Shown in pieces: positions 34,127 through 43,694 of a stretch of DNA of 64,000 bases (positions are counted from its first letter, which is position 1; the number at the start of each line of letters is the position of its first letter). Source of the DNA: Nitrospirota bacterium (GTDB lineage Bacteria; Nitrospirota; UBA9217); contig CAWIYV010000001.1 of the NCBI GenBank assembly GCA_963840455.1, forward strand, positions 224,001-288,000, read 5' to 3'. Below the pieces are notes generated by a model. It saw only the letters and a list, made by a program, of their open reading frames with translations, did not search any database and was not told where the DNA came from. The position numbers and the translations under genes were made by a program.

Positions 34127-34510
34127 GTGCAATTATGCACTCTCAATGCAGTTGTCAGGTTTCCTTCAAATTTTGTACTTTGCACTTTGCAATTTACCAT
34201 TTGCAATGCATTCGCCCTCACGATTTTACCCTGGTCTTTACGTACTGCTCGATGGTGCAATTATGCACTCTGCAATGCAGTTGTCAGGCTTCCTTCAAAT
34301 TTGCACTTTGCACTTTGCAATTTACCATTTGCAATGCATTCGCCCTCAGGATTTTACCCTGGTCTTTACGTACTGCTCGATGGTGCAATTATGCACTCTG
34401 CAATGCAGTTGTCAGGCTTCCTTCAAATTTGCACTTTGCACTTTGCAATTTACCATTTGCAATGCATTCGCCCTCAGGATCTTACCCTGCTTTTCACATA
34501 CTGCTCGATG
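34127..34510. repeat. Three tandem 128-bp repeats, each containing a heptamer arm
   Basis: Units start gtgcaattatgcac at 34127, 34255 and 34383; near identical. Confidence 0.95.
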
Positions 34511-34588
34511 ATGACTCACTCCGCACCGAGCATGCGCTGCGCGTCGCTCCGCTCACGTGACCCGACGGCCGGCGCCCGACGCAGGATG

Positions 34589-35119
34589 TCATTCTCTGAG
34601 CCACCCCGGGTAGGCATCGGCCTTTCGCGCTTCCTCGGGCAGGTCCACGTCGAGCTCCCGCCTGAGCTTCGTGATCTTCTTATCGATCTTGGCCATCTTT
34701 TTGTCCCGCGAGGACTTGGCCTTCTGGGTGCTGCTTGATGAGCGTTTTTTCGTCTTGGACTCTTCATTCCTTTCCTGCTTCACGAGAAGCTCGCGTTCGT
34801 CCTCCTGATCCCGGAGCTGCCGGCGCAGGTTCTCGGCGCGTTTCCGCCAATACTGCTCTCCCCTGCCGTACTTGTCCTTGTGCTCCGGCACTGCCGCCGG
34901 CTTGTTCTTGCCGGCAACGGGGTCTTTACCGACGCTTACCCGGTCGTCACGTACCTCCATGGGCTTCGCCGCGCCGCGGTACTCCGCCGGGATCTTCTCC
35001 TTGTCGTTGGTTATGAACTCCCGGCCGTTCCGGTCCACCCACTTGTAGAACTCGGCGCGGACATCCGACGAAGTTACCAGGATCATCAGAAAAACCACCA
35101 GCACTATCGTTCTCCCCAT
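34589..35119 (-). CDS. Secreted DUF4124-domain protein
   Basis: Signal peptide then EFYKWVDRNGREFITN...IP.EY; coiled coil ending ARKA..YPGWLR. Confidence 0.8.
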   Translation of the reverse strand: MGRTIVLVVFLMILVTSSDVRAEFYKWVDRNGREFITNDKEKIPAEYRGAAKPMEVRDDRVSVGKDPVAGKNKPAAVPEHKDKYGRGEQYWRKRAENLRRQLRDQEDERELLVKQERNEESKTKKRSSSSTQKAKSSRDKKMAKIDKKITKLRRELDVDLPEEARKADAYPGWLRE

Positions 35120-35350
35120 GGGCGCCTCCGGACGCTGAACGTACTGTGCCCGCGCAATCCCCGTTGCTCGGAACGGGGTCAAGCGGGCACACTGACGATA
35201 TCCTCTTTCCCTGGATGTGACGGGCATCCACAACGCTCCTGCGGCGTCATGGAATGGTAATAATTATCACAATTACCGGTGGTTCGCAAGGTTTTTTATT
35301 GAATTAACAGGCGCGTTAATGCTATAGTGCGGTTCTAAAAATTTTCCTTT

Positions 35351-35426
35351 CCGCGGAAACGCTCGATAGAAATACGGGAACATCGACCAGTTCTTTGTCC
35401 GTGTTCATCAGAGTCCGTCCGCGGCC
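35351..35426. repeat. Degenerate 9-10-mer inverted-repeat hairpin upstream of der
   Basis: ccgcggaaacgctcgatagaaatacggg ... tccgtgttcatcagagtccgtccgcgg. Confidence 0.5.
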
Positions 35427-35441
35427 AATGAGCCCTGAATC

Positions 35442-36839
35442 ATGCCAAAACCAGTCGTCGCCATCGTGGGCAGGCCGAACGTCGGCAAGTCCACTCTCTT
35501 CAACCGCATCATCGGCAGGAACCTCGCCATCGTCGAGGACTTTCCCGGCGTGACGCGGGACCGCAACTACGCCGACGCGGAGTGGGACGGAAAGCATTTC
35601 CATCTTGTGGACACTGGCGGGTTCGAGCCGGAATCCGAAGACCCCATGTACATGAAGATGCGCGACCAGACCACCCTTGCCATCGAAGAGGCGGACCTCA
35701 TCCTGTTCCTCATGGACGGCAAGGAGGGCCTGCTGCCGGCGGACCTCGAGGTTGCTCAGCGGCTGCGCGCGGCCGGGAAACCGGTCGTCTACGCCATCAA
35801 CAAGGTGGACGGCGCACGGCACGAAGGCCTCCTTCCCGATTTCTACCGCCTCGGCGTGGACACGCTCATCCCTATCTCGGCCCAGCATGGACAGGGCTTT
35901 TCCGACCTCATGGATGAGCTGGCAAAGTTCCTTCCCGAGCAGACCGCGCAGCCCAAAGCGCCGGATGAGGTAACGGAATGGGTCCCGCCGCGGATCGCCA
36001 TCATCGGACGGCCGAACGTGGGCAAATCGTCATTCGTCAACTCGCTCATCGGCGAGGACCGCATGATCGTGAGCGCCGTCGCCGGGACCACGCGGGACTC
36101 GATCGACAGCGTGTACAAGTACTATGGCCGGGAGTACGTCCTCGTTGACACGGCAGGCATCAGGAGCCGCGGCAGGGTCAGCCAGGGCGTGGAGAAATAC
36201 AGCGTCATGCGGGCCATGAAGAGCGTCAGCCGCTGCGATGTAGCGCTGGTGCTGCTCGATGCCGCGGAAGGCATCACGGAGCAGGATGAACGGGTCGTGG
36301 GCCTTGCCCACGAAGAAGGAAAGGGCATCATTCTCATCCTGAACAAGTGGGACCTGGTGCAGGACAAGGAGGAAGGCTACAAGAAGTTCGTGGACGATGT
36401 CCGGCTCCGGCTCAAGTTCGTGGACTACGCGCCGGTCCTGACCATCTCGGCCCTCACGCGCCAGCGCGTGACCAAGGTCTTCGACGAGATCGACCGTATC
36501 GTTGCCGAGCGGGAGAAGCGCGTGCCCACGGCGGAGCTGAACCGGGTGTTCGAGAACCTCACGTCGCGGCACGAACCGCCGATGTACCGCAGCAGGCGGG
36601 TCAAGTACTACTACGCCACCCAAGTGGGGATCAAACCGCCCACGTTCGTGCTGTTCGTGAACTACCCCGATGGCGTCCACTTCTCCTACATCCGGTACAT
36701 CGAGAACAACCTGCGGCAGGCCTTCGGGTTCCACGGCTCGCCCATCAGGATCTACCCCAAGCGGCGGCGGGAAGAGCAGACCGCGGAGGAGCGGACACGT
36801 CCGGGGAAGACCGCTGCCAGGAAGAAGAAAAAGGCCTGA
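35442..36839 (+). CDS. der: Ribosome biogenesis GTPase Der (EngA)
   Basis: Two G domains (GRPNVGKS twice, DTGG/DTAG, NKVD/NKWD) plus KH-like domain. Confidence 0.97.
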   Translation: MPKPVVAIVGRPNVGKSTLFNRIIGRNLAIVEDFPGVTRDRNYADAEWDGKHFHLVDTGGFEPESEDPMYMKMRDQTTLAIEEADLILFLMDGKEGLLPADLEVAQRLRAAGKPVVYAINKVDGARHEGLLPDFYRLGVDTLIPISAQHGQGFSDLMDELAKFLPEQTAQPKAPDEVTEWVPPRIAIIGRPNVGKSSFVNSLIGEDRMIVSAVAGTTRDSIDSVYKYYGREYVLVDTAGIRSRGRVSQGVEKYSVMRAMKSVSRCDVALVLLDAAEGITEQDERVVGLAHEEGKGIILILNKWDLVQDKEEGYKKFVDDVRLRLKFVDYAPVLTISALTRQRVTKVFDEIDRIVAEREKRVPTAELNRVFENLTSRHEPPMYRSRRVKYYYATQVGIKPPTFVLFVNYPDGVHFSYIRYIENNLRQAFGFHGSPIRIYPKRRREEQTAEERTRPGKTAARKKKKA

Positions 36840-36870
36840 TGGCGAGGGATGGCCGAGCTACCTAGTGCCG

Positions 36871-36906
36871 AAAAGAAGAAGGCCGGCAGTCTATCTGCCG
36901 GCCTTT
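36871..36906. terminator. Terminator between convergent units
   Basis: AAGGCCGGCAG-tctat-CTGCCGGCCTT hairpin with A/T-rich flanks. Confidence 0.7.
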
Positions 36907-37226
36907 ACTGTTCTCTATGATCCCGCTGCTACCGCCGGCCTACCCCGCCTGTCTGCGGATGCCGCTGCTGTCCGGGGCCGCGATGCATCGGCCCGCCCAT
37001 GGTAGGCTCGGGCCGGCACTTCTTCAGCTCGTCATGGTTCGTCGCCTTTTCCCCGCAGGCCCTCTCCTGATCGAGCCTTGCGGTTCGCTCATCGAGCATC
37101 TTCAGCACCCACGCCTTGACCTCCGGGAACCGGTCTTCCACTGATGATACAACTGCGGTTCGTTCGCTAACCCCGCAGCAAGCACCGGCAAATGTGATCG
37201 CTCATGGATTCAATGGCAGGGGCCCC

Positions 37227-38576
37227 TCACCGCTCCCGCGGTATCCCCCACTTCTTCCGCTTCTCCCAGAGCGACTTCCGCGTTATGCCGAGCATGTCGG
37301 CGATCTGCTGCTCGTTGAACTGCGTCTGATGGCGCTGGATGAAGGCCTTGGTGTAATCCTCGATGGTAAGCTTCTTTTCGAACGCGGCCTCCTGGAACGT
37401 GCCATCGCCCTTGACCCCTTCGGGGAGACATTCCGGCGTGATGGTATCGCCGTCGGCGATAAGGATCGCGCGCTCCACCACGTTCTGGAGCTCGCGCACG
37501 TTCCCCGGCCACAGATAGTTCGCCATGACATCGAGTGCAGCCGGAGCGATGTCCTTCACCTGTTTGCCCATCTCGTGGGTGTACTTATCGAGATAGTGCC
37601 TGACCAGGGACCGGATATCCTCCTTCCGGTCGCGCAGCGGAGGTATTTGGAGCGATATGACGTTGATCCGGTAGTAGAGGTCCTCCCGGAAGGCGTTCTC
37701 GCGTACGGCCGCCCGGAGGTCATGGTTCGTGGCGGTGATTAAGCGGATGTCGATCTTGGTCCCCTTGGTGCTGCCCACGGGCCGGATCACCTGGTCCTCG
37801 ATGACCCTGAGGAGCTTTGCCTGGAGCGGGAGGCTCATGTCGCCGATCTCGTCGAGGAACACGGTCCCGCCGTCGGCCTCTTCCAGGAGCCCCTTCTTGG
37901 ACGACACGGCGCCGGTGAACGCGCCCCGCACATGGCCGAAGAGCTCCGTTTCGAGCAGGTTCTCGGGGATCGCCGAGCAGTTGATCGGGACGAAAGGCAT
38001 GTCGCGCCGGGAGCTGTTGTGGTGGATCACCCGGGCAAAGAGCTCCTTGCCCGTTCCCGTCTCGCCCAGCAGCAGCACGTTGCTCCGGGTGTCCGTGACC
38101 TTCCGGACCTCGGCCAGGATGCTCTTGAGCGCCTGGCTTTCCCCGATGATCGTGCTGAAATCGTGGTCTTTCGCGATCTCGCGCTTCAGCAGGACGTTCT
38201 CCGCCTGGAGGCTCTTCTGCTTCAGGGCGTTCTTGACGACCTGCTTGATCTCATCGTGGATGATGGGCTTCATGATGTAGTCGTAGGCGCCGGCCCGGAG
38301 CGCCTTGACCGATGTGTCGAGCGATGCATAGGCCGTTACCACGATGAAGATCTGGTCGGGCAGCTGTTCCCGCACCTTGGTCAGCATCTCGATGCCGTCT
38401 ATCCCGGGCAGAATGATGTCGGAAATGATCACATCGAACAGAGTGGACTCGAGAAGCGCCAGCCCACGCTCCGCCGACTCCACGGCCTCCACCAGGTACC
38501 CTTCCTTGGTGAATATCCGCTTGACCGACTCCCGCAGCGTTTCTTCGTCTTCCACGATCAGGATGCTCTTCGACAT
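37227..38576 (-). CDS. Sigma-54-dependent response regulator (NtrC family, CbrB-like context)
   Basis: Receiver domain; GETGTGKE, GAFTGA, FLDEIG, WPGNVREL; C-terminal HTH ending SLWEKRKK. Confidence 0.93.
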   Translation of the reverse strand: MSKSILIVEDEETLRESVKRIFTKEGYLVEAVESAERGLALLESTLFDVIISDIILPGIDGIEMLTKVREQLPDQIFIVVTAYASLDTSVKALRAGAYDYIMKPIIHDEIKQVVKNALKQKSLQAENVLLKREIAKDHDFSTIIGESQALKSILAEVRKVTDTRSNVLLLGETGTGKELFARVIHHNSSRRDMPFVPINCSAIPENLLETELFGHVRGAFTGAVSSKKGLLEEADGGTVFLDEIGDMSLPLQAKLLRVIEDQVIRPVGSTKGTKIDIRLITATNHDLRAAVRENAFREDLYYRINVISLQIPPLRDRKEDIRSLVRHYLDKYTHEMGKQVKDIAPAALDVMANYLWPGNVRELQNVVERAILIADGDTITPECLPEGVKGDGTFQEAAFEKKLTIEDYTKAFIQRHQTQFNEQQIADMLGITRKSLWEKRKKWGIPRER

Positions 38577-38654
38577 GCTCAGACCTCACGCATTAGGATC
38601 CACTGATTTCACAGATTGGTAATATACAAAGCGCCTGCGTAGACATTCCCTTGT

Positions 38655-39232
38655 CCTTGTTCGCCTGCCTGGATCTTTTCATGGGATTGATTCAAGGCCA
38701 CTGAAGAAAAAGGTTCAACGTTTTACCCCCAACCCCGCCGTCCACGGAGCGGCCCTATAAAATATCTGGAGCACCCGTCTTGGCCTAAGGAAGCGTCCCG
38801 AAGGGCGAACGCGCATGTCTGAGGCCGAAGGCCGAGTTTGCGCGGGCGAGCGTACGTGGCCTTAGACGGACCAAGAATTTCATTGTCGCTCCCTGCGGAG
38901 CTCCGATTCTCAGGGAAGATGTTATTCTAATCGCTCGCTATGCGCTTGCTCCTGGATTCAGGACGCGAAGGGGATGTGCAAACAAATCAGCCTTGCTTCC
39001 ACTCTTTTGTCACCTTTCTTGCTTACCCGAAGAAAGGTGACCCAAAGAAGGACACCCGGCGAAGATCCTTTACGGCAGGCTCGGTCGTCCTCGGTACATT
39101 TCGGAAACTCGCCCTTTGGGCTCAGACATCCGAAATGTTTAACCCTCGTCCTCGGTCGCCTGCCTGGATCTTCGCATGGGGACTGATCTGCTTTACCCCC
39201 TACCCCGCGCGTCCACGGAGCGGCCCTGCAAC
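38655..39232. repeat. Composite block of palindromic intergenic repeats
   Basis: Direct repeats tcgcctgcctggatctt..catggg and cgtccacggagcggccct at both ends; inverted tgtctgaggccgaaggccgagttt / aaactcgccctttgggctcagaca; gtcacctttctt...aagaaaggtgac hairpin. Confidence 0.75.
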
Positions 39233-39272
39233 GCCCCTTCCCTGAAATCTGCGCCCTCTGCGAATGACACCG

Positions 39273-42215
39273 TCAGACCTCAAAGGGGATTTTAATGATA
39301 AACTTGGTGCCCTGGTTCTTTTCCGACTCGATCTCGATGGTCCCGCCGTGGTCCTTGACGATGCTGTAGCAGATGGACAGGCCAAGTCCGGTCCCCCGTG
39401 TCGGCCCCTTGGTGGTGAAGAAGGGATCGAAGACCTTGTCCTTCACTTCGGTGTCGATGCCGCCGCCGGTGTCGGCGAATACCATCTCCACGTGGTTGTT
39501 TGACTGGGTCACCGTTATATCGAGCTTTCCTCCGTCGGGCATGGCGTCCCGCGCGTTCAGCAGAAGGTTGAGAAAGACCTGCTGCATCTGGTCGGGATCG
39601 AGCTTGATCGGATGGGTGTTCCGCACATCGGTCCGGACCTCGATCTTCTTGAAGTTCTTGTCGAACCGCACAAGGTCAATGGTGTTCTGCAGGATGTCCT
39701 TGAGATCGGTCGGAACGCGCTGGCGGGGATAGAGCCGTGCGAAATCTCCGAGGTTGCGGACGATCCGCGCGATGCGGTTCACGTGCTGATGGATGGTACT
39801 GAGCGAACCCTTGAGGAAGGACGACCCGTCCTCGGACAGCAGTTCCTGCACCAGGGAGGAGATCGAAGCCAGGGGGTTCCCGATCTCGTGGGAGACCCCG
39901 GCGGCAAGCCGGCCGACGCTGGCGTGCTTGGTGGCCCGGAACAGCTCCTCCTCGATCTTCTTCTTCTCCGTGATGTCCTCAAGGACCAGTACGTACCCCT
40001 GCTGGACGCCCGTGAGCCTGCTCACGTACCCCTTCAGGATGATATGGGGCTCGAAGTTCCGGCGGCAGGTGATCTCTCCTTCGTTGATGATGGCCGAGAA
40101 CAGACGCGGCTCAAGGCACGTGAGCAATCCACCCGCATCCTTGCCGAGGGCATCGGATTTCTCGGCGCCGGTGATCATCTCCATGGAGGTGTTCCAGTAG
40201 GTCACGCGGTGGGACTCATCGAGCGTAGCCACCCCAAGGGGAAGACTTTCGATGATGTTCTCGCTGAACTCCTTCAGCATGGCCAGCTGCCGGTTGGCCT
40301 CGGCAAGCTCCTGACGCGAAAGGCGGAGGCTCCGCGATATCTGCCGGACCGAATGGGAAATGCGGTGCGTCTCGTCGTGGGACGTCGTGCTCAGCTCCTG
40401 GAATACCAGCGTGCTGATGGACGGCCCCAGGGCGCCCGAAAGGATCCGTTCCGCCTCCTCCCGGAGCTTCATGAGCCATTCTCCCGACACCGATTCGCGT
40501 GTGAGGCTGTTCCGCGCGAGGAACCCGTTCACGACCTCCAGTGCCTCACCGGGGCCCAGGTACTGCCCGAGGACGTCCTCGATCGCCTCGATGTTGGCAG
40601 GCCGGTGGGTCGAGGAAAAGTGCTTTGGCGAGAAGGAGTCCACGAAGATGATGGCTTGGCGTGTATCCGCATCGGTCTGCCGAGTGAAGAGCGAGATGCC
40701 CACGAAGAACAGCAGGTTCAGGAGCATGCCCCAGAACAGGGAATGGGTCCAGCGGTCCATGCCATGGAGCCCAAAGAGGGCCGTGGGGTTCAGGAATGTC
40801 GAGCTGAACACCCCCTCCATGAATCCCCCCTTCTCGATGATCCCGGCGCGGGACATCGCCGGGATCAGGAGCGTATAAATCCAGACCGAGAAACCGGCGA
40901 GGATGCCGGCAATTGCGCCTTTCCGGTTCCCGCCCTTCCAGACAAGCCCGAGCAGGAGCGCTGGTGCGAAGATGGTCACTGCCTCGAAGGACTTCAAGCC
41001 GATGTCAACCAGGCTGTAGAACTCGCCGATCGATACTGCGAAGATATACCCGAGGAACACCAGTCCCAGGATCACGAGCCGCTTGATGTTCAGGAGGATC
41101 GTGTGGAGCCCTTTGATGTTGATGCCGAGGAAAGCAGGCATCACCAGGCTGTTCATCACCATGGTGGAGAGCGCCACCGACTCCACGATGACCATGGCCG
41201 TCGCCGCCGAGAAGCCGCCGAGGAAAACAATGGCCGTCAGGAGCGGGTTCCCCTGCTGGAGCGGGATGGAGAGCACGAAGTAGTCTGCGTTCTTCTGCGC
41301 TCCCCCCAGCATGAGCCCGCCGTAGGCGATCGGGAGAACGAAGATGTTGATCAGGAACAGGTACAGCGGGAAGAGCCAGACCGCCTTCTTGATGTGGTCG
41401 GTAGAGGTGTTCTCCACCACGGCCACGTGGAACTGCCGGGGGAGGAACATGATGGCCATCATCGAAAGGAAGGTGAGCGACGCCCATTCGTACAAACTCG
41501 TCGGAGACCCTTCACCCAGGGTCATCAGGCCGGCGTAGGAGCTCGCTTTCATTTTGGCCATGATATCGCCGACACCATCGAAGAGACCGTAGGTCACGAA
41601 CACACCGACAAGCAGGAATGCAACCAGTTTGAAGGCGGACTCGAAGGCAACGGCAAAGACCAGGCCGCCGTGCCGCTCGGAAGCGTCCAGCCGGCGTGCC
41701 CCGAAGATCACGGCAAACGCGCCCAGGATGAACGAGATGAACCAGCCCGCGACGCGGCTCCCCTCGGGCTGGCCCGACAGGAGCGAGAAGGTCGACATGA
41801 TCGCCTTGAGCTGGAGGCCGAGGTAGGGGGTGATGCCGACGACCGCCACGATCGTCACGAGGCCGGACAGGAAGAGCGACTTTCCGTAGCGCGTCGCGAT
41901 AAAGTCCGAGATAGTGGTGATGCGGTTCTCTTTGGAGATGAGAATGATTTTCCGGAGCACGATCCACCAGAGCGCGGCCATGAGGGTCGGGCCGAGATAG
42001 ATCGTAAGGAAGCTCAGCCCCAGATTAGCCGCCCGGCCGACGCTTCCGTAGAACGTCCACGACGTGCAGTAGACGGCCAGGGACAGCGAATAGATATAGG
42101 GATTCGAGACAAGACTCCTCCCCTGCTGTTCCTTCCGGTCCGCAACGTAGGCCACGAAGAACAGGAGGAGAAGGTAACCGAGAATGATCGAGAGAAGGAC
42201 CCAGGGGGAGAACAC
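39273..42215 (-). CDS. SLC5 (Na+/solute symporter)-PAS-histidine kinase fusion (CbrA/CrbS-like)
   Basis: SLAVYCTSWTFYGSVG and LPRQFHV SLC5 motifs; PAS; HEIGNPL H-box; DPFFTTK and GTGLGL. Confidence 0.92.
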   Translation of the reverse strand: MFSPWVLLSIILGYLLLLFFVAYVADRKEQQGRSLVSNPYIYSLSLAVYCTSWTFYGSVGRAANLGLSFLTIYLGPTLMAALWWIVLRKIILISKENRITTISDFIATRYGKSLFLSGLVTIVAVVGITPYLGLQLKAIMSTFSLLSGQPEGSRVAGWFISFILGAFAVIFGARRLDASERHGGLVFAVAFESAFKLVAFLLVGVFVTYGLFDGVGDIMAKMKASSYAGLMTLGEGSPTSLYEWASLTFLSMMAIMFLPRQFHVAVVENTSTDHIKKAVWLFPLYLFLINIFVLPIAYGGLMLGGAQKNADYFVLSIPLQQGNPLLTAIVFLGGFSAATAMVIVESVALSTMVMNSLVMPAFLGINIKGLHTILLNIKRLVILGLVFLGYIFAVSIGEFYSLVDIGLKSFEAVTIFAPALLLGLVWKGGNRKGAIAGILAGFSVWIYTLLIPAMSRAGIIEKGGFMEGVFSSTFLNPTALFGLHGMDRWTHSLFWGMLLNLLFFVGISLFTRQTDADTRQAIIFVDSFSPKHFSSTHRPANIEAIEDVLGQYLGPGEALEVVNGFLARNSLTRESVSGEWLMKLREEAERILSGALGPSISTLVFQELSTTSHDETHRISHSVRQISRSLRLSRQELAEANRQLAMLKEFSENIIESLPLGVATLDESHRVTYWNTSMEMITGAEKSDALGKDAGGLLTCLEPRLFSAIINEGEITCRRNFEPHIILKGYVSRLTGVQQGYVLVLEDITEKKKIEEELFRATKHASVGRLAAGVSHEIGNPLASISSLVQELLSEDGSSFLKGSLSTIHQHVNRIARIVRNLGDFARLYPRQRVPTDLKDILQNTIDLVRFDKNFKKIEVRTDVRNTHPIKLDPDQMQQVFLNLLLNARDAMPDGGKLDITVTQSNNHVEMVFADTGGGIDTEVKDKVFDPFFTTKGPTRGTGLGLSICYSIVKDHGGTIEIESEKNQGTKFIIKIPFEV

Positions 42216-42392
42216 TTAGCCGCCTCCGTCCTCCCGCTCCGAAGACCGGGAGGCAAGGAAGATCAGTCCGATATATACGAACCAGATGATGAAGAGATAG
42301 TACGTAAGACTGTCATGGAAGATGTTCAGAAGCGGCCATCCGAAAAGCAACAACCCGAGAAAGAACAGCGCTATCCAGATGTCCCTTTTCAT
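42216..42392 (-). CDS. Small two-TM membrane peptide (CbrX-like), 58 aa
   Basis: MKRDIWIALFFLGLLLFGWPLLNIF...YLFIIWFVYIGLIFLASRSSEREDGGG; stop abuts the kinase GTG; SD GGAG. Confidence 0.8.
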   Translation of the reverse strand: MKRDIWIALFFLGLLLFGWPLLNIFHDSLTYYLFIIWFVYIGLIFLASRSSEREDGGG

Positions 42393-42701
42393 TGCTCCAT
42401 CACCTCAGCACCGTGTAACCATTCTGCACATACGATGGCCTTCCTACTGCAGAGAGAACACAGCATCAACAAATCAAGATGTTAGAAGTTGAAATAGTAC
42501 CATATTTTGTTACAAATATCCACAAAGGATTGTCTCGCAAGGACTGCCTCGCGTTGGATAATGTGAAGTTTCGAAACATGGATCCACAAGAGAGCGGGTC
42601 GGATGACGAAACTTCCTCGACGATAGAAGCTTCCCCCCCAGTATGCTTAAGGGAGCTTCCGTGACCCTTGTCCAGGGCGCATGCGCCCCGACACCGGAAC
42701 G

Positions 42702-43694
42702 TCATTGCTGAAGATTGGATGTAAGCAGGATATATCCGGTAACCGAGGCAAGGACAACGGTAAAGACCAGGGAGACGACAGCAAGACGCCTCTGCAGGGA
42801 CGGCAGGACATTGGCCAGGCTGGGAAGACCGCGAAAGGGCATCAAAAGACCTACTCCCATGCCGCTCACCGCACCGCCGAACAGGGCGGCGTAAAAGAGG
42901 TAGCCGATGTAGTGGTATTCCCTCTGGAGGACGCAGAACGGGCAGTGATGGGTCGGCAGCTCGTATACCGCCGTGCAGATGAACGAAAGCAGAGAGGCCA
43001 GGCCTACCACGAAGGTGGCGCCGGCAGAAAGGGCGAACGCATATCCCCCCCTCCCGGCTGCGATGAAGACCCATCCCAGCACGACCGTGGTCACGATCAC
43101 CGCAATGAACGCCATCCGCATGGGAGCACCGGGCAGCGACGCGATGTCCGAGGCGATCGTTGCCGAACCCGTGCTGAAGAGGCTTCCGCAGCAGGACGTG
43201 ATGATCTCCGGCCGGAGCCCGCGAAAATACAGGACCTGCAGGGCCGTATCCAGCACGACCAGCGGCGCGATGACCATGAGAAGACCGTATTTTTTCCTGA
43301 CCAGGGGATAATCATAGGCCTGGTTGTCCGCGTGGTTCATGATGAGCCAGAGGCCGGCCAGGAGGAAGTTCATGACCTTGAGCAGCAGCAGAGGATACCC
43401 GAAACCGTTCACGTTGAAGGTCCCGGCAGCGCACATCGCACCCGTGAACAGGGCGCTCAGACTGTCGGCGGTGTAGACGAGGAGGAACAGGGAGATCAGC
43501 TGGAAGCCGAAGGCATAGGCAAGGACCGTGGAGATCAGGTAGGTCCTCCGTTCGAGGTCCAGCTGCAGGCTGCTGCCGCTCCGGAGGTCCCAGCGCCGGA
43601 GGATCCTGACGCCGAACCAGAATGCGAGCAGGACCATGGCCGTGACCAGGAACGACGATACGAGGAGCGCGATGATCGCGGGATGGAGGATCAT
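42702..43694 (-). CDS. Uncharacterised polytopic membrane protein with Cys/His motifs
   Basis: Many TM segments; GAMCAAG, TSCCGSLF and HHCPFC motifs. Confidence 0.8.
   Translation of the reverse strand: MILHPAIIALLVSSFLVTAMVLLAFWFGVRILRRWDLRSGSSLQLDLERRTYLISTVLAYAFGFQLISLFLLVYTADSLSALFTGAMCAAGTFNVNGFGYPLLLLKVMNFLLAGLWLIMNHADNQAYDYPLVRKKYGLLMVIAPLVVLDTALQVLYFRGLRPEIITSCCGSLFSTGSATIASDIASLPGAPMRMAFIAVIVTTVVLGWVFIAAGRGGYAFALSAGATFVVGLASLLSFICTAVYELPTHHCPFCVLQREYHYIGYLFYAALFGGAVSGMGVGLLMPFRGLPSLANVLPSLQRRLAVVSLVFTVVLASVTGYILLTSNLQQ

Noticed and set aside
34127-34510. CRISPR array
   Set aside because: Whole 128-bp units repeat with no unique spacers, and there are no cas genes in the window.
33753-34510. 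Diversity-generating retroelement (Avd-like gene plus repeats)
   Set aside because: No reverse transcriptase nearby, and differences between repeats are not adenine-specific.
34516-34518. Second selenocysteine UGA (GAE*VIIEQY)
   Set aside because: The upstream frame overlaps the DUF4124 gene, no Cys-homolog motif is recognisable and no convincing SECIS follows.
36929-37141. 70-aa minus-strand ORF after the response regulator
   Set aside because: No SD or recognisable motif, and it lies next to a repeat fragment; cannot be supported.
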